Assembly: GCA_037442105.1 (NCBI GenBank)
Contig: JBBIQV010000009.1
Span: 62,001 to 88,678 of the forward strand
From: Nitrospiraceae bacterium
GTDB taxonomy: Bacteria; Nitrospirota; Nitrospiria; Nitrospirales; Nitrospiraceae
Length of the DNA stretch: 26,678 bases
Direction: 5' to 3'
Shown here: positions 1-8,733 of the stretch, piece after piece
Layout of the letters: each line of letters opens with the position of its first letter
How positions within the stretch are numbered: position 1 is the first letter of the stretch
Program-made: the position numbers and the translations under genes
Notes under the pieces: generated by a model
The model's database searches: none
What the model was told of the DNA's origin: nothing
Seen by the model: only the letters and a program-made list of their open reading frames with translations

Positions 1-1
1 C

Positions 2-1915
2 CAATCTTTGCCGGACGCGTTGGAAGCGGGGGCTCAGCCGGTTCGCGCAACCGTCAGCCCCGATGGGCGTAGCATTTCCCTGCCGGTGATCCTGCGCCGC
101 TATCCGACCTATGAGGAGAATCTCCGCCTCTATCTGGTGATGACCGCGCACGAAGCGGGACACTTGGAATTCGGTACCTATACGCTACCGGTAGGACGAC
201 TGAATGATGTCGTCGAGGACCTTCGCGCGCGTTATGGCCGGCCGGCGGAGAAGGCCGTTGAAACATTGGCGGATGTCTTTGCTCTATATCCCAAGCCGGC
301 GCTCATGCGGGACTTGTGGACGATTCTAGAAGACGCGCGTGTGGAGTACCTGTTGCGGCGAGAGTATCCAGGTTTGAGTCGTGATCTCGCTGTCTTGGCC
401 CAGGAGGCAGTGAGCGTCAGAACCGTCGCGCATGGGTTGACGGTGCGCGAGATGGTGGTGGATACGCTCCTGCTTCTCACCACGACGGAACGGAGTGCCT
501 TCGCCATTCCGGACGCTATTGCCGAAATCGTGGAGCGACTTTGGCCGATGGCCAAGACGATGTTGACCTCCGAGGCGACCGCTGAGGAGGCGGTTCGTGT
601 GGCCCATTGCATCTATATCGAGATGGATAAACTGCTGGCGGCCAAGCTCGATGAGGTGGCGGACGAATCCGGCCGGTCTGACCGGACCAACCAGGCAATG
701 GGTCCGCGTGCATCTGATGACACGACAAGCGGTTACCGACCGGTGGCCAACTGGAGCTATCGCGGGGCGATGAATCCGGACATGGTCTGGGAACAGGCTG
801 ATTCGCCCGAACGACGGGATGTGGCTCCTGATACCGGTGAGGAAGACCTCGGTTCAGGACTCGCAGGTACGTCCGGCTCCGGAGCGTCTCGAGGAGGCAC
901 TGCACGATCGCACCAGGCCGGTTCAGACGAGGTGGCGCTGGGGTGGACGATGCCGCCGCTCGTGGAAGAAGTGCTGGCGCTCGAAAGTGAGCAGCCGTTC
1001 GCGCCTCGGGTGTCGGCGGAGGGTCCGGTTGTCGTTCGGTATCCGGAATGGGATGCGGCGATCCAGGACTATCGCGCGACTTGGTGCCAAGTCGTGGAGC
1101 AGCCGGCGAGTGAAGGCTCCCCTGATGTCGTCGAGGCGACGCTGGCCTCCCAGAGCGGAGCGGTCAAACTCCTGCGGCGATACTTTGAGAGCCTGCGTCC
1201 GCCCGGATTCCGCCGCGTGCCCGGACAGGCGGATGGGGAAGAATTGGATCTGGATGCCGCGATTCGACGTCAGGCGGACCTGGTGGCCGGCGTGGAACCC
1301 TCCGAGCGCACGTATGTGAAGCGGGAAAAGCGGCAACGGGAGGTGGCCGCAGCCTTTCTCATCGACATGAGCGGGTCCACCAGCCGTCAGATCGAAAGCG
1401 GGCGCCGCGTGATCGATGTCGAAAGAGAAGGGCTGGTTTTGCTCTGTGAAGCACTCGAAGCGGTGGGCGATCAGTACGCCGTCTATGGCTATTCCGGCCA
1501 GGGACGGCACCGCGTGGATTTTTTCGTCGTGAAGGACTTTGACGATCGCATCGGAGGCCGTACCGCGCATCGCCTGGGCGGGATCGTGCCGCTCCGGCAG
1601 AATCGGGATGGGGCTGCCATCCGCCATGCGACGCGTAAGCTTCTTGCACGGCAGGCGAAGACCAGGCTGCTGGTGCTGATGAGCGACGGAAAGCCGCTCG
1701 ATGAAGCCTACAAGGACGAGTACGCGCTGGAAGATACGAAAATGGCCTTGCGGGAAGCGCGGATGCAAGGGATCGATCCGTTTTGCATCACGATCGATCG
1801 GGAGGCCGATGGCTATCTGCGGCGGATGTATGGGGACGTGCGGTTCCTCGTGATCGATCACATCGAGCAGTTGCCGGAACGGTTACCGCGCTTGTATCAA
1901 CGCCTCACGATGTGA
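2..1915 (+). CDS. NorD/CbbO-like von Willebrand factor A (vWA) domain protein, 5'-partial
   Basis: Frame is open from the window edge. C-terminal vWA with MIDAS DMSGS, NRDGAAIRH and LMSDGKP. YPEWD...DY motif precedes the vWA, and the HEAGH...LEDARVE N-terminal region is typical of NorD/CbbO AAA+ adaptor proteins. Confidence 0.85.
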   Translation, partial: QSLPDALEAGAQPVRATVSPDGRSISLPVILRRYPTYEENLRLYLVMTAHEAGHLEFGTYTLPVGRLNDVVEDLRARYGRPAEKAVETLADVFALYPKPALMRDLWTILEDARVEYLLRREYPGLSRDLAVLAQEAVSVRTVAHGLTVREMVVDTLLLLTTTERSAFAIPDAIAEIVERLWPMAKTMLTSEATAEEAVRVAHCIYIEMDKLLAAKLDEVADESGRSDRTNQAMGPRASDDTTSGYRPVANWSYRGAMNPDMVWEQADSPERRDVAPDTGEEDLGSGLAGTSGSGASRGGTARSHQAGSDEVALGWTMPPLVEEVLALESEQPFAPRVSAEGPVVVRYPEWDAAIQDYRATWCQVVEQPASEGSPDVVEATLASQSGAVKLLRRYFESLRPPGFRRVPGQADGEELDLDAAIRRQADLVAGVEPSERTYVKREKRQREVAAAFLIDMSGSTSRQIESGRRVIDVEREGLVLLCEALEAVGDQYAVYGYSGQGRHRVDFFVVKDFDDRIGGRTAHRLGGIVPLRQNRDGAAIRHATRKLLARQAKTRLLVLMSDGKPLDEAYKDEYALEDTKMALREARMQGIDPFCITIDREADGYLRRMYGDVRFLVIDHIEQLPERLPRLYQRLTM

Positions 1916-1921
1916 GGCGGG

Positions 1922-1982
1922 CAATGTAGAATGAAAAATTCAAAATGAAGCATTTGCACTTTGCATTTTACATTTTGCATTG
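1922..1982. repeat. Inverted heptamer array (nAATGnA / TGCATTn)
   Basis: caatgta-gaatgaa-aaattca-aaatgaa, short spacer gcatt, then tgcactt-tgcattt-tacattt-tgcattg. Confidence 0.8.
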
Positions 1983-1992
1983 GCGGTAGAGT

Positions 1993-2406
1993 GTGCCTGA
2001 ATCATCAACGAAGAGAACCGTGCCGCCGTGGCTGTACAAATTGTTCACCGGCCAGCAGTATCCCTACGTCCGGCGACAGGCCAAGTTTGCAAACCGGGAT
2101 GTCAAGCCGGGTGACGATCGGCCCGAGCCGACAAAGGAGGAGATCGACGCCAAGTTCTGGGAGATCTATCCGCGCTGCTCCGTCAAGATTCTGCAAGAGG
2201 TCAAATCCGGCATGATCGTCACTTTTGTCGAACTCGGCGAGCATGCGGCCGGCACGTATCAGCCGCTGATCGATGGGCCGGAAGAGTTCCTGGCGAAGAC
2301 CTACGGCAAGAAAAAGATCAAGGTGAACTTCTACGACGGTGAGAATTTCGTGTGTACGGTCAATTTCAAGGTGGGTGGGTGGACGGGACACGAAACTAGC
2401 GAATAG
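1993..2406 (+). CDS. Hypothetical protein (137 aa)
   Basis: GTG start, normal globular composition and GC3-rich codons; fills the gap between the vWA gene and mdh. No recognised domain. Confidence 0.75.
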   Translation: MPESSTKRTVPPWLYKLFTGQQYPYVRRQAKFANRDVKPGDDRPEPTKEEIDAKFWEIYPRCSVKILQEVKSGMIVTFVELGEHAAGTYQPLIDGPEEFLAKTYGKKKIKVNFYDGENFVCTVNFKVGGWTGHETSE

Positions 2407-2461
2407 CTGATAGCGAATAGCTCGGACCTGCTGGCTGTTTGCTGTTAGCTGCTCGCTCTAC
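2394..2461. repeat. Inverted heptamer array (nnnTAGC / GCTnnnn)
   Basis: aactagc-gaatagc-tgatagc-gaatagc, spacer tcggacctgctg, then gctgttt-gctgtta-gctgctc-gctctac. Confidence 0.8.
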
Positions 2462-2473
2462 CAGGGAGCGACT

Positions 2474-3412
2474 ATGGGGCGACCGAAAATAACAGTGGTG
2501 GGCGCGGGGAACGTCGGCGGCACGGCTGCTCAGCGGCTTGCGGAGAAGGACTGTTACGACATCGTGCTGGTGGACATCGTCGAAGGTGTTCCGCAAGGCA
2601 AGGCATTGGATATCATGCAAGCCGGGCCGGTGTGTGGGTATAGCTCCCGCGTGGTCGGTACCAACGGCTATGAGGAAACCGCTGGATCCTCGATCGCCAT
2701 CATTACATCGGGGATCGCCCGCAAGCCCGGCATGAGTCGCGATGAATTGCTCGCGACGAACGCGAAAATCGTCCAGTCGGTCGTGAAAGAACTCCTGTCG
2801 CGCTCGCCCGGCGTGACGTTGCTTCTGGTGACCAATCCGTTGGATGCCATGGTCCATGTGGCCAGGCGCGTGAGCGGTCTACCGAAGGGGCGGGTGATAG
2901 GGATGGCCGGCGTGCTGGACTCGGCCCGGATGCGCGCCTTTATCGCGGAGGAATTGGGAGTGTCCGGGTGTGAGGTGGAAGCAATGGTGCTCGGCGGCCA
3001 TGGGGATACGATGGTGCCGCTGCCTCGGTACACGACCGTCAAAGGGAGACCGATCACAGAACTTTTACCCAAAGAGCGACTGGAGGCTATCGTCAAACGG
3101 ACGCGCGATGGAGGGGCCGAGATCGTGAGCCTGCTCAAGACCGGCAGCGCCTACTACGCGCCGTCCGCGTCGGTGGTTGCAATGGTGGAAGCGATCATGA
3201 AGGATCAGAAGCGCGTGTTGCCGTGCGCCGTGTTGTGCGAAGGGGAATATGGGCTGCGCGACGTGGTCGTCGGTGTGCCGGTGAAACTCGGGCGCGGCGG
3301 CGCTGAGAAGATCGTGGAATATGAACTCACGTCTGAAGAACGTGCGGCTCTGAACGCTTCTGCCGCAGCCGTGCGAGAACTCTGCGCCGTCGTGGATCGG
3401 ATGATGGTGTAA
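2474..3412 (+). CDS. mdh: Malate dehydrogenase (LDH-like, NAD-dependent)
   Basis: Rossmann motif GAGNVG, substrate loop [12 protein letters not shown] (Arg gives malate specificity), TNPLD, LDSAR, LGGHGD; RBS GGGAG. Confidence 0.95.
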   Translation: MGRPKITVVGAGNVGGTAAQRLAEKDCYDIVLVDIVEGVPQGKALDIMQAGPVCGYSSRVVGTNGYEETAGSSIAIITSGIARKPGMSRDELLATNAKIVQSVVKELLSRSPGVTLLLVTNPLDAMVHVARRVSGLPKGRVIGMAGVLDSARMRAFIAEELGVSGCEVEAMVLGGHGDTMVPLPRYTTVKGRPITELLPKERLEAIVKRTRDGGAEIVSLLKTGSAYYAPSASVVAMVEAIMKDQKRVLPCAVLCEGEYGLRDVVVGVPVKLGRGGAEKIVEYELTSEERAALNASAAAVRELCAVVDRMMV

Positions 3413-3516
3413 CCCTCTGCCTCGCGCCCTTCGCCGTGTCTACATTGCTTGACATTCCAGCGTGGCTTGCAGTACAGAATTCGACCTAGCAGTGAACCTA
3501 TTTTAGTGAGGGTGCA

Positions 3517-4113
3517 ATGAAATTCCTGGAAGATCCGTTTCAGACAATGGGCGCCGGGTTTGCGCTCGCTGTCGTATTGATAATTGTGTTTACGGCGATG
3601 GTTGGCGGGGTTGATGTGGACTGGCCGGGGATGGTGCTCCGGTGGCTTCACTTCCTGGCCGGCATCACGTGGATCGGGTTGCTGTATTTCTTCAACCTTA
3701 TCAACGCAGCGTTCTTGAAGAGTTTGGATGGACCCACCAAGAATGTCGTGATTCCGAGGTTGATGCCCGCGGCTCTCAACTGGTTCCGCCACGGCGCCAC
3801 GGTGACGGTGTTAGCCGGGATTGCCCTGTACGGCTTATATTACGTGAAGGGTGGGGCCTGGACGGGTGGAACCGGCGCAATCGCGCTGGGCATTGGCGGC
3901 TTGCTGGGCATCATCATGATGGCGAATGTCCATGCCATCATCTGGCCGAACCAGAAGAAGATTATTGCCGCGGTCAGCGCAGCCGCCCAGGGGACCCCAG
4001 CTCCGCCTGAAATGGTCCAGTGGGGCCGGACGGCGCTGCTCGCCTCCCGCATCAACTTCATGCTCTCGATCCCGATGCTCTTCTTCATGGGGGCTGGTAG
4101 CCACTTCAAATAA
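3517..4113 (+). CDS. Membrane protein with urate-oxidase N-terminal (PuuD/DUF989-like) domain, no cytochrome c domain
   Basis: Several TM helices; LRWLHFLAGITWIGLLYFFN and MMANVHAIIWPNQKK motifs; no Cys, so no CXXCH. Confidence 0.75.
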   Translation: MKFLEDPFQTMGAGFALAVVLIIVFTAMVGGVDVDWPGMVLRWLHFLAGITWIGLLYFFNLINAAFLKSLDGPTKNVVIPRLMPAALNWFRHGATVTVLAGIALYGLYYVKGGAWTGGTGAIALGIGGLLGIIMMANVHAIIWPNQKKIIAAVSAAAQGTPAPPEMVQWGRTALLASRINFMLSIPMLFFMGAGSHFK

Positions 4114-4125
4114 GAAAGGGCGTGA

Positions 4126-4161
4126 GTCGAGGTAGCTCCGACTCTCTGGGGTTGCCTCGAC
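4126..4161 (+). terminator. Stem-loop downstream of the PuuD-like gene (possible terminator)
   Basis: gtcgaggtagctccg pairs with tggggttgcctcgac (15 bp including G-U), loop actctc; no strong U-tract. Confidence 0.5.
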
Positions 4162-4288
4162 CCTCCTGTTGCTCATCCTGTTTCCTCCTGGATGACTTCC
4201 CTGGGCCGTATGCTCCTTTGTGCCCAGTCTGATGCAGGACCGCTGGTCCTAACTTATTGAGATTCAGGCCTATTCTCTGTCCTTCCGC

Positions 4289-4318
4289 TTGACGAACTGA
4301 GGGAGCGAGCCTTATAGT
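4289..4318 (+). promoter_or_regulatory. Sigma70-type promoter for the nuoF-like cluster
   Basis: TTGACG (4289-4294), 18 nt, TATAGT (4313-4318); SD AAGGAG before ATG 4360. Confidence 0.6.
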
Positions 4319-4359
4319 ACCCTGCGGTGCAGTCGGCAGGTTGTATAAAAAGGAGCTCC

Positions 4360-5649
4360 ATGACCGCCACCGATGTAAGGGTGCTTCAGAAACTCGATGG
4401 TCACCCGTCCGATATCGACGCATATTTGAAAATCGGGGGGTATCAGGCCTGGCAGAAGTGTCTCAAGGAATTGACCGCCGAGGATGTAGTCAACGAGCTG
4501 AAGAAGGCCGGACTCCGGGGAAGAGGAGGGGCTGGGTTCCCGACAGGCACGAAGTGGGATAAGGTTCTGAACCACCGAATCAAGGAACGGTATTTCGTCT
4601 GTAACGCCGGCGAACATGAACCGGGGACATTCAAGGATCGCTATCTCCTCAAGCACGCCCCACATCAATTGATCGAAGGGTGTCTCATTGCTGCCCATAC
4701 GGTTAAGGCGAAGGCCTCGTTCATTTATGTGAATCACGAGTATCATGAGGAACAGAACAACCTGAAGAAGGCGCTCGCGCTGGCCAGGGAGCGCGGGTTT
4801 CTGGGGAAGAACGTGTTGGGCACCGGTGTCGATCTGGATATCGAGGTGTTTTCCGGCCAGGGAAGCTACGTCGCGGGCGAGGAGACGGCGATGTTGGAAT
4901 CCATGCAGGGCCGTCCAGCTATGCCCAGGCAAAAGCCTCCGTTCTATCCTACGGACTTCGGCCTCTACGGCAAGCCGACGCTGGTCAACAACGTGGAGAC
5001 CTTATGCAACATCCCCCGTATTCTCAAGAACGGCGCTGGCTGGTTTACACAGGTCGGGACGGAGAAGTGTCCGGGCACCATGTTCTTTTCTCTGAGCGGG
5101 GCGGTGAACAAACCCGGTGTCTATGAAATGCCGCTGGGCATAGCGATCCGGGACCTCATTGAGCAGTGTGGCGGAGGCGTGCCGGGCGGACGCAAGATCA
5201 AGGCGGTGTTTCCGGGTGGGCCGGCCTTCTCGATGGTGACGGCGGACCAGCTCGATCTTCCCATGGACTTTGATTCCTTGAAGAAAGCGGGGACTGGCTT
5301 GGGTTCTGCCGGCATGATCGTGGTTGACGACGCAACCTGCATGGTGGCACAGACGCTCAAATTTTCCGATTTCTTCAAAGCCGAAAGTTGCGGGCAGTGC
5401 CCGCCCTGCCGCATGGGCACGCTCAATCTGGCAACGCTCATGGCGAAGATTGAGCGGGGCGAGGGCACGCAGAAGGACCTGGATGCGCTGCTGCAGTTGT
5501 GCGGATTCGTCAAGGGCACAGGGTATTGCACGTTGGTGACTGGCGCAGCGGTGTTGGTCCAGAGCAGCGTGCGGTTGTTCCGGCATGAGTTTGAGGAACA
5601 CATCCGCTTGCAACGATGTCCATATAAGCCCGCGGCAGTGGCGGTGTAA
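4360..5649 (+). CDS. nuoF: NuoF-like FMN/[4Fe-4S] NADH-binding (diaphorase) subunit, stand-alone
   Basis: GLRGRGGAGFPTG, YVAGEETAMLES, PTLVNNVET, ESCGQCPPCRMG...YCTL ([4Fe-4S] ligands). Start moved to ATG 4360 after SD AAGGAG. Confidence 0.88.
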   Translation: MTATDVRVLQKLDGHPSDIDAYLKIGGYQAWQKCLKELTAEDVVNELKKAGLRGRGGAGFPTGTKWDKVLNHRIKERYFVCNAGEHEPGTFKDRYLLKHAPHQLIEGCLIAAHTVKAKASFIYVNHEYHEEQNNLKKALALARERGFLGKNVLGTGVDLDIEVFSGQGSYVAGEETAMLESMQGRPAMPRQKPPFYPTDFGLYGKPTLVNNVETLCNIPRILKNGAGWFTQVGTEKCPGTMFFSLSGAVNKPGVYEMPLGIAIRDLIEQCGGGVPGGRKIKAVFPGGPAFSMVTADQLDLPMDFDSLKKAGTGLGSAGMIVVDDATCMVAQTLKFSDFFKAESCGQCPPCRMGTLNLATLMAKIERGEGTQKDLDALLQLCGFVKGTGYCTLVTGAAVLVQSSVRLFRHEFEEHIRLQRCPYKPAAVAV

Positions 5650-5663
5650 CCAGAGGGGCGCTA

Positions 5664-5755
5664 TCCGTCAATCGTCATCCGTTGTTCGTGAAATGAGGAC
5701 ATCTTTCTCATTGACTCGATTGACGGGTGACAATTGAGGAATGACGAAATACGAT
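5664..5755. repeat. Inverted heptamer array (nTCGTCA / TGACGAn)
   Basis: tccgtca-atcgtca-tccgttg-ttcgtga, inner aatgag/ctcatt stem, then tgacggg-tgacaat-tgaggaa-tgacgaa-atacgat. Confidence 0.75.
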
Positions 5756-6098
5756 GCCGCGCGTGACATTTCTGCATCCGGAAGGCAGGAGCGGCGAGGT
5801 CGACCTCAATACGTCGTTACTGGAGGCAGCGAAGGCCCTTGGGTTTCCCCTGCACCACGATTGCGGCGGGAATGCGTCCTGCACTACCTGTCGGGTCGAA
5901 GTGCAGGCCGGCGGCGAGAATCTGTCGGAGGTCGACTTTGATGAGCAGGACCTCCTGGATCGGGAAGCCCTCACTGGGCCATGGCATCGTTTAGGTTGCC
6001 AGGCTAAGGTGCTTGGCGATGTGGTCGTCCGGGTCCCCGAGACCAAGTGGGCCGCGCCTTCAACGGCACCGGCCGGAGCGAAGGCGATTGATAAATGA
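5754..6098 (+). CDS. fdx: [2Fe-2S] ferredoxin (ISC/adrenodoxin type)
   Basis: HDCGGNASCTTC...EQDLLD...RLGCQ motifs. Confidence 0.88.
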   Translation: MPRVTFLHPEGRSGEVDLNTSLLEAAKALGFPLHHDCGGNASCTTCRVEVQAGGENLSEVDFDEQDLLDREALTGPWHRLGCQAKVLGDVVVRVPETKWAAPSTAPAGAKAIDK

Positions 6099-6183
6099 GG
6101 GGCTTGTCTGGTAGAGGTAATAAGCGGGCAGCGTAAGGTTGTTTCTCGTACACAATCGGAGAAGCGATAGAGGGAGGCGCGCA

Positions 6184-6504
6184 ATGATCACGATTACGCA
6201 GGTGGCAGAGCAAAAGATCAAGGAACTGATGGCCGAGGAGAAAGAAGTCGTCGGCCTTCGGATTTACGTGCGTGGTGGTGGCTGCCACGGCTACCAATAT
6301 GGGATGGCCTTTGAATCGAAGATGGCTGATGACGACACCGTGATTGAGAAAGGAGACGTCAAAGTCATCCTCGATTCTCAGAGCGCCCCGCTGCTTCAGG
6401 GGGCCGAGGTGGATTACGTGGACAGCCTGCAAGGCTCCGGCTTCTCCATCAAGAATCCGCAGGCAAAAACGACCTGCGGGTGCGGGAGCTCCTTCAGCGC
6501 ATAA
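6184..6504 (+). CDS. erpA: A-type Fe-S cluster carrier (ErpA/IscA, HesB family)
   Basis: GGGCHG and C-terminal CGCGSSF; SD GGGAGG before ATG 6184. Confidence 0.85.
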   Translation: MITITQVAEQKIKELMAEEKEVVGLRIYVRGGGCHGYQYGMAFESKMADDDTVIEKGDVKVILDSQSAPLLQGAEVDYVDSLQGSGFSIKNPQAKTTCGCGSSFSA

Positions 6505-6615
6505 GCGGTGATCGCATCACTGCATTCGAATGGTTGAACAAGCCGGGATCGTCACCTGAGTGCAGGCGGTCTCGGCTTCTTCATTTGTGCCGATGAAAGA
6601 CGGAGGTGTATCGTC

Positions 6616-7065
6616 ATGGCTGAGGCCTGCGTTACGCGACGGTATCGTTTCTGCGCCGCGCACTGCCTCCATACGGAGTATCTCTCTCCGGAAGAGAATC
6701 GCGCCGCGTTCGGGAAATGTAATAACCCGAACGGGCATGGCCACAATTATGTGGTACTGGTGACGGTGAAGGGTGACCCGGATCCCGAGACGGGACAGGT
6801 CGTCGATCTCCACCAGCTCGATCGGGTTGTCCGGGAGACGGTCATTCGCCGGTTCGATCATCAGGACCTGAACCACGACCCCGAGTTCGCCGATCGGACG
6901 ACGACCGGAGAGAATCTCGTGCTGCTCATCTGGGACCTTCTCGTGAAACAAATTCCCCGCGGACGATTGGAAAAAGTCGGCGTGGTCGAGACGAGGGACA
7001 ACTACTTCGAGTATGCCGGATTGGTCACGCCGGTGAATCTGTCCACGGAAGCGCATCATGGCTAA
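6616..7065 (+). CDS. 6-pyruvoyl-tetrahydropterin synthase family protein (PTPS/QueD fold, CX5HGH type)
   Basis: [41 protein letters not shown]; overlaps the folE start. Confidence 0.88.
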   Translation: MAEACVTRRYRFCAAHCLHTEYLSPEENRAAFGKCNNPNGHGHNYVVLVTVKGDPDPETGQVVDLHQLDRVVRETVIRRFDHQDLNHDPEFADRTTTGENLVLLIWDLLVKQIPRGRLEKVGVVETRDNYFEYAGLVTPVNLSTEAHHG

Positions 7066-7705
7066 GCGGAAAGGAGCGATTGTGCCGGCGGGACGAAGAG
7101 AGCTCGTAACTGGGAACGGTCATCCGGCGGACCTCGCCGCCTTGCAAGACCTCGTCGAACGTCTTCTGGTCATGCTTGGAGAGAAGCCGAGCCGGAATGG
7201 CTTGAAGAAAACACCCGAACGGGTCGCCAAGGCGCTACGTTTTATGACGCGGGGATACCAGCACGATATCGACCATCTTCTCAACGGCGCGTTGTTCCCG
7301 ATCGAGTACGACGAGATGGTGATTGTGAAAGACATCGACTTCTTCAGCCTCTGCGAGCACCATCTGCTGCCGTTCTTCGGAAAGTGCCATGTCGGGTATC
7401 TGCCGAACAAGAAAGTTGTCGGTCTCAGCAAGATTCCACGCATTGTGGATGCCTTCAGCCGGCGCCTTCAAGTCCAGGAACGGTTGACGACGCAGATCGC
7501 CGAAACGCTTCAGCGCAAGCTCAATGCGCATGGAGTGGGGGTGGTGATGGAGGCTCAGCACCTTTGCATGATGATGCGCGGGGTCGAAAAGCAGAATGCC
7601 GTGGCGGTTACCAGTTCCATGCTCGGTGACTTCAGGAACCAGCAGCAGACCCGCGAAGAATTCCTTAAGCTCATCCGCGGCGGACGCGTCGGCCTCGTCA
7701 GCTAG
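7058..7705 (+). CDS. folE: GTP cyclohydrolase I
   Basis: [42 protein letters not shown]. Confidence 0.95.
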   Translation: MAKRKGAIVPAGRRELVTGNGHPADLAALQDLVERLLVMLGEKPSRNGLKKTPERVAKALRFMTRGYQHDIDHLLNGALFPIEYDEMVIVKDIDFFSLCEHHLLPFFGKCHVGYLPNKKVVGLSKIPRIVDAFSRRLQVQERLTTQIAETLQRKLNAHGVGVVMEAQHLCMMMRGVEKQNAVAVTSSMLGDFRNQQQTREEFLKLIRGGRVGLVS

Positions 7706-7941
7706 GTCTCGCATAACTCCACAATGTATTTCTGCTGCTCGGTGGTTTCTTTGCCACCGGCCTCTCGCCCCCCGCCTGACGTGCCTTCGATTTTACGACG
7801 AATCGTCCGAAATGCGGGCAAAGGTGGTCGGTTCAAGGCCACTGACCGACACTCAACAGGAAGGATTCGCCTTGCTTCCGTTCCGACACTGCTTCCGCTG
7901 ACACAGCGCCTCTCGTGCTGCCTCTCGACTTCTCTCTTGAA

Positions 7942-8733
7942 TCACGCGAATGGATCGAGGAACGTCACCACAGCCCGATTGAAGCGTTCAGGCTGTTCGA
8001 GATTGCTCAAGTGGCCAGCCCTCGGGATGATCTCAAGCCGGGCGCCAGGGATACGGTCTGCCATCAGGCGGGACTCGGCGAGCGGGGTGGTCGTATCCTC
8101 TTCGCCGACGAGCACGAGGGTGGGGCAGGCAATTGTGGGGAGGATCGGGACTGAATCGGGCCGCTCGGCCATCGCCATCAAGTCTCCGGCGATGCCGCTG
8201 ATCTGATTACGCTCAATTATGGTGCGGACCTGCTGCACAAGGTGTGGTTTGGTCTGGAGCGAGGTGGTACCGAGTAACTTGGGTAACATGATCTCGGCGA
8301 TGGCGCTTGCTCCCTTCATGTAGGCGATCTGCGCCATGTTGAAACGACCCTTCCGTCCCTCTTCACTGTCTGCCTGGGCTCTCGTGTCCGCCAATACCAA
8401 CGCCTTGATTCGGTCTGGATACTTTCGGCCGAAGGCAAAACTTACGTACCCGCCCATGGAGAGACCAACCAGGACTGTCTTCTGAATCGAGAGATGATCG
8501 AGCAGGCTCGCCACATCGTCGGCAAACTGCTCGATGGTGTAACGCCACAAGGGTGCCGCGGACTCGCCGTGCCCTCGTAAATCGACCGTGATCACCCGGA
8601 ACCGTGACACGAGCACTTCCTCTTGCGGCGCCCACATGGTCCGGTTCAGGGGAAAGGCATGCAGAAAGACGATGGGCAATCCGGCCCCTCGGTCACTGTA
8701 GGCGAGCGTGATGCCATTGACCTGAGCTTGCAT
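7942..8733 (-). CDS. Alpha/beta-fold hydrolase (PcaD/3-oxoadipate enol-lactonase-like)
   Basis: LHAFP oxyanion motif, DLRGHGES, nucleophile elbow GLSMGG, GEED, GHLSNLE. Start taken as ATG 8733 after GAGGA. Confidence 0.88.
   Translation of the reverse strand: MQAQVNGITLAYSDRGAGLPIVFLHAFPLNRTMWAPQEEVLVSRFRVITVDLRGHGESAAPLWRYTIEQFADDVASLLDHLSIQKTVLVGLSMGGYVSFAFGRKYPDRIKALVLADTRAQADSEEGRKGRFNMAQIAYMKGASAIAEIMLPKLLGTTSLQTKPHLVQQVRTIIERNQISGIAGDLMAMAERPDSVPILPTIACPTLVLVGEEDTTTPLAESRLMADRIPGARLEIIPRAGHLSNLEQPERFNRAVVTFLDPFA

Noticed and set aside
3449..3480. Sigma70 promoter for the PuuD-like gene
   Set aside because: TTGACA is present but there is no convincing -10 box at 16-18 nt spacing.
7724..8206. 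160-aa plus-strand ORF after folE
   Set aside because: More than half overlaps the hydrolase antisense; no SD and atypical composition.
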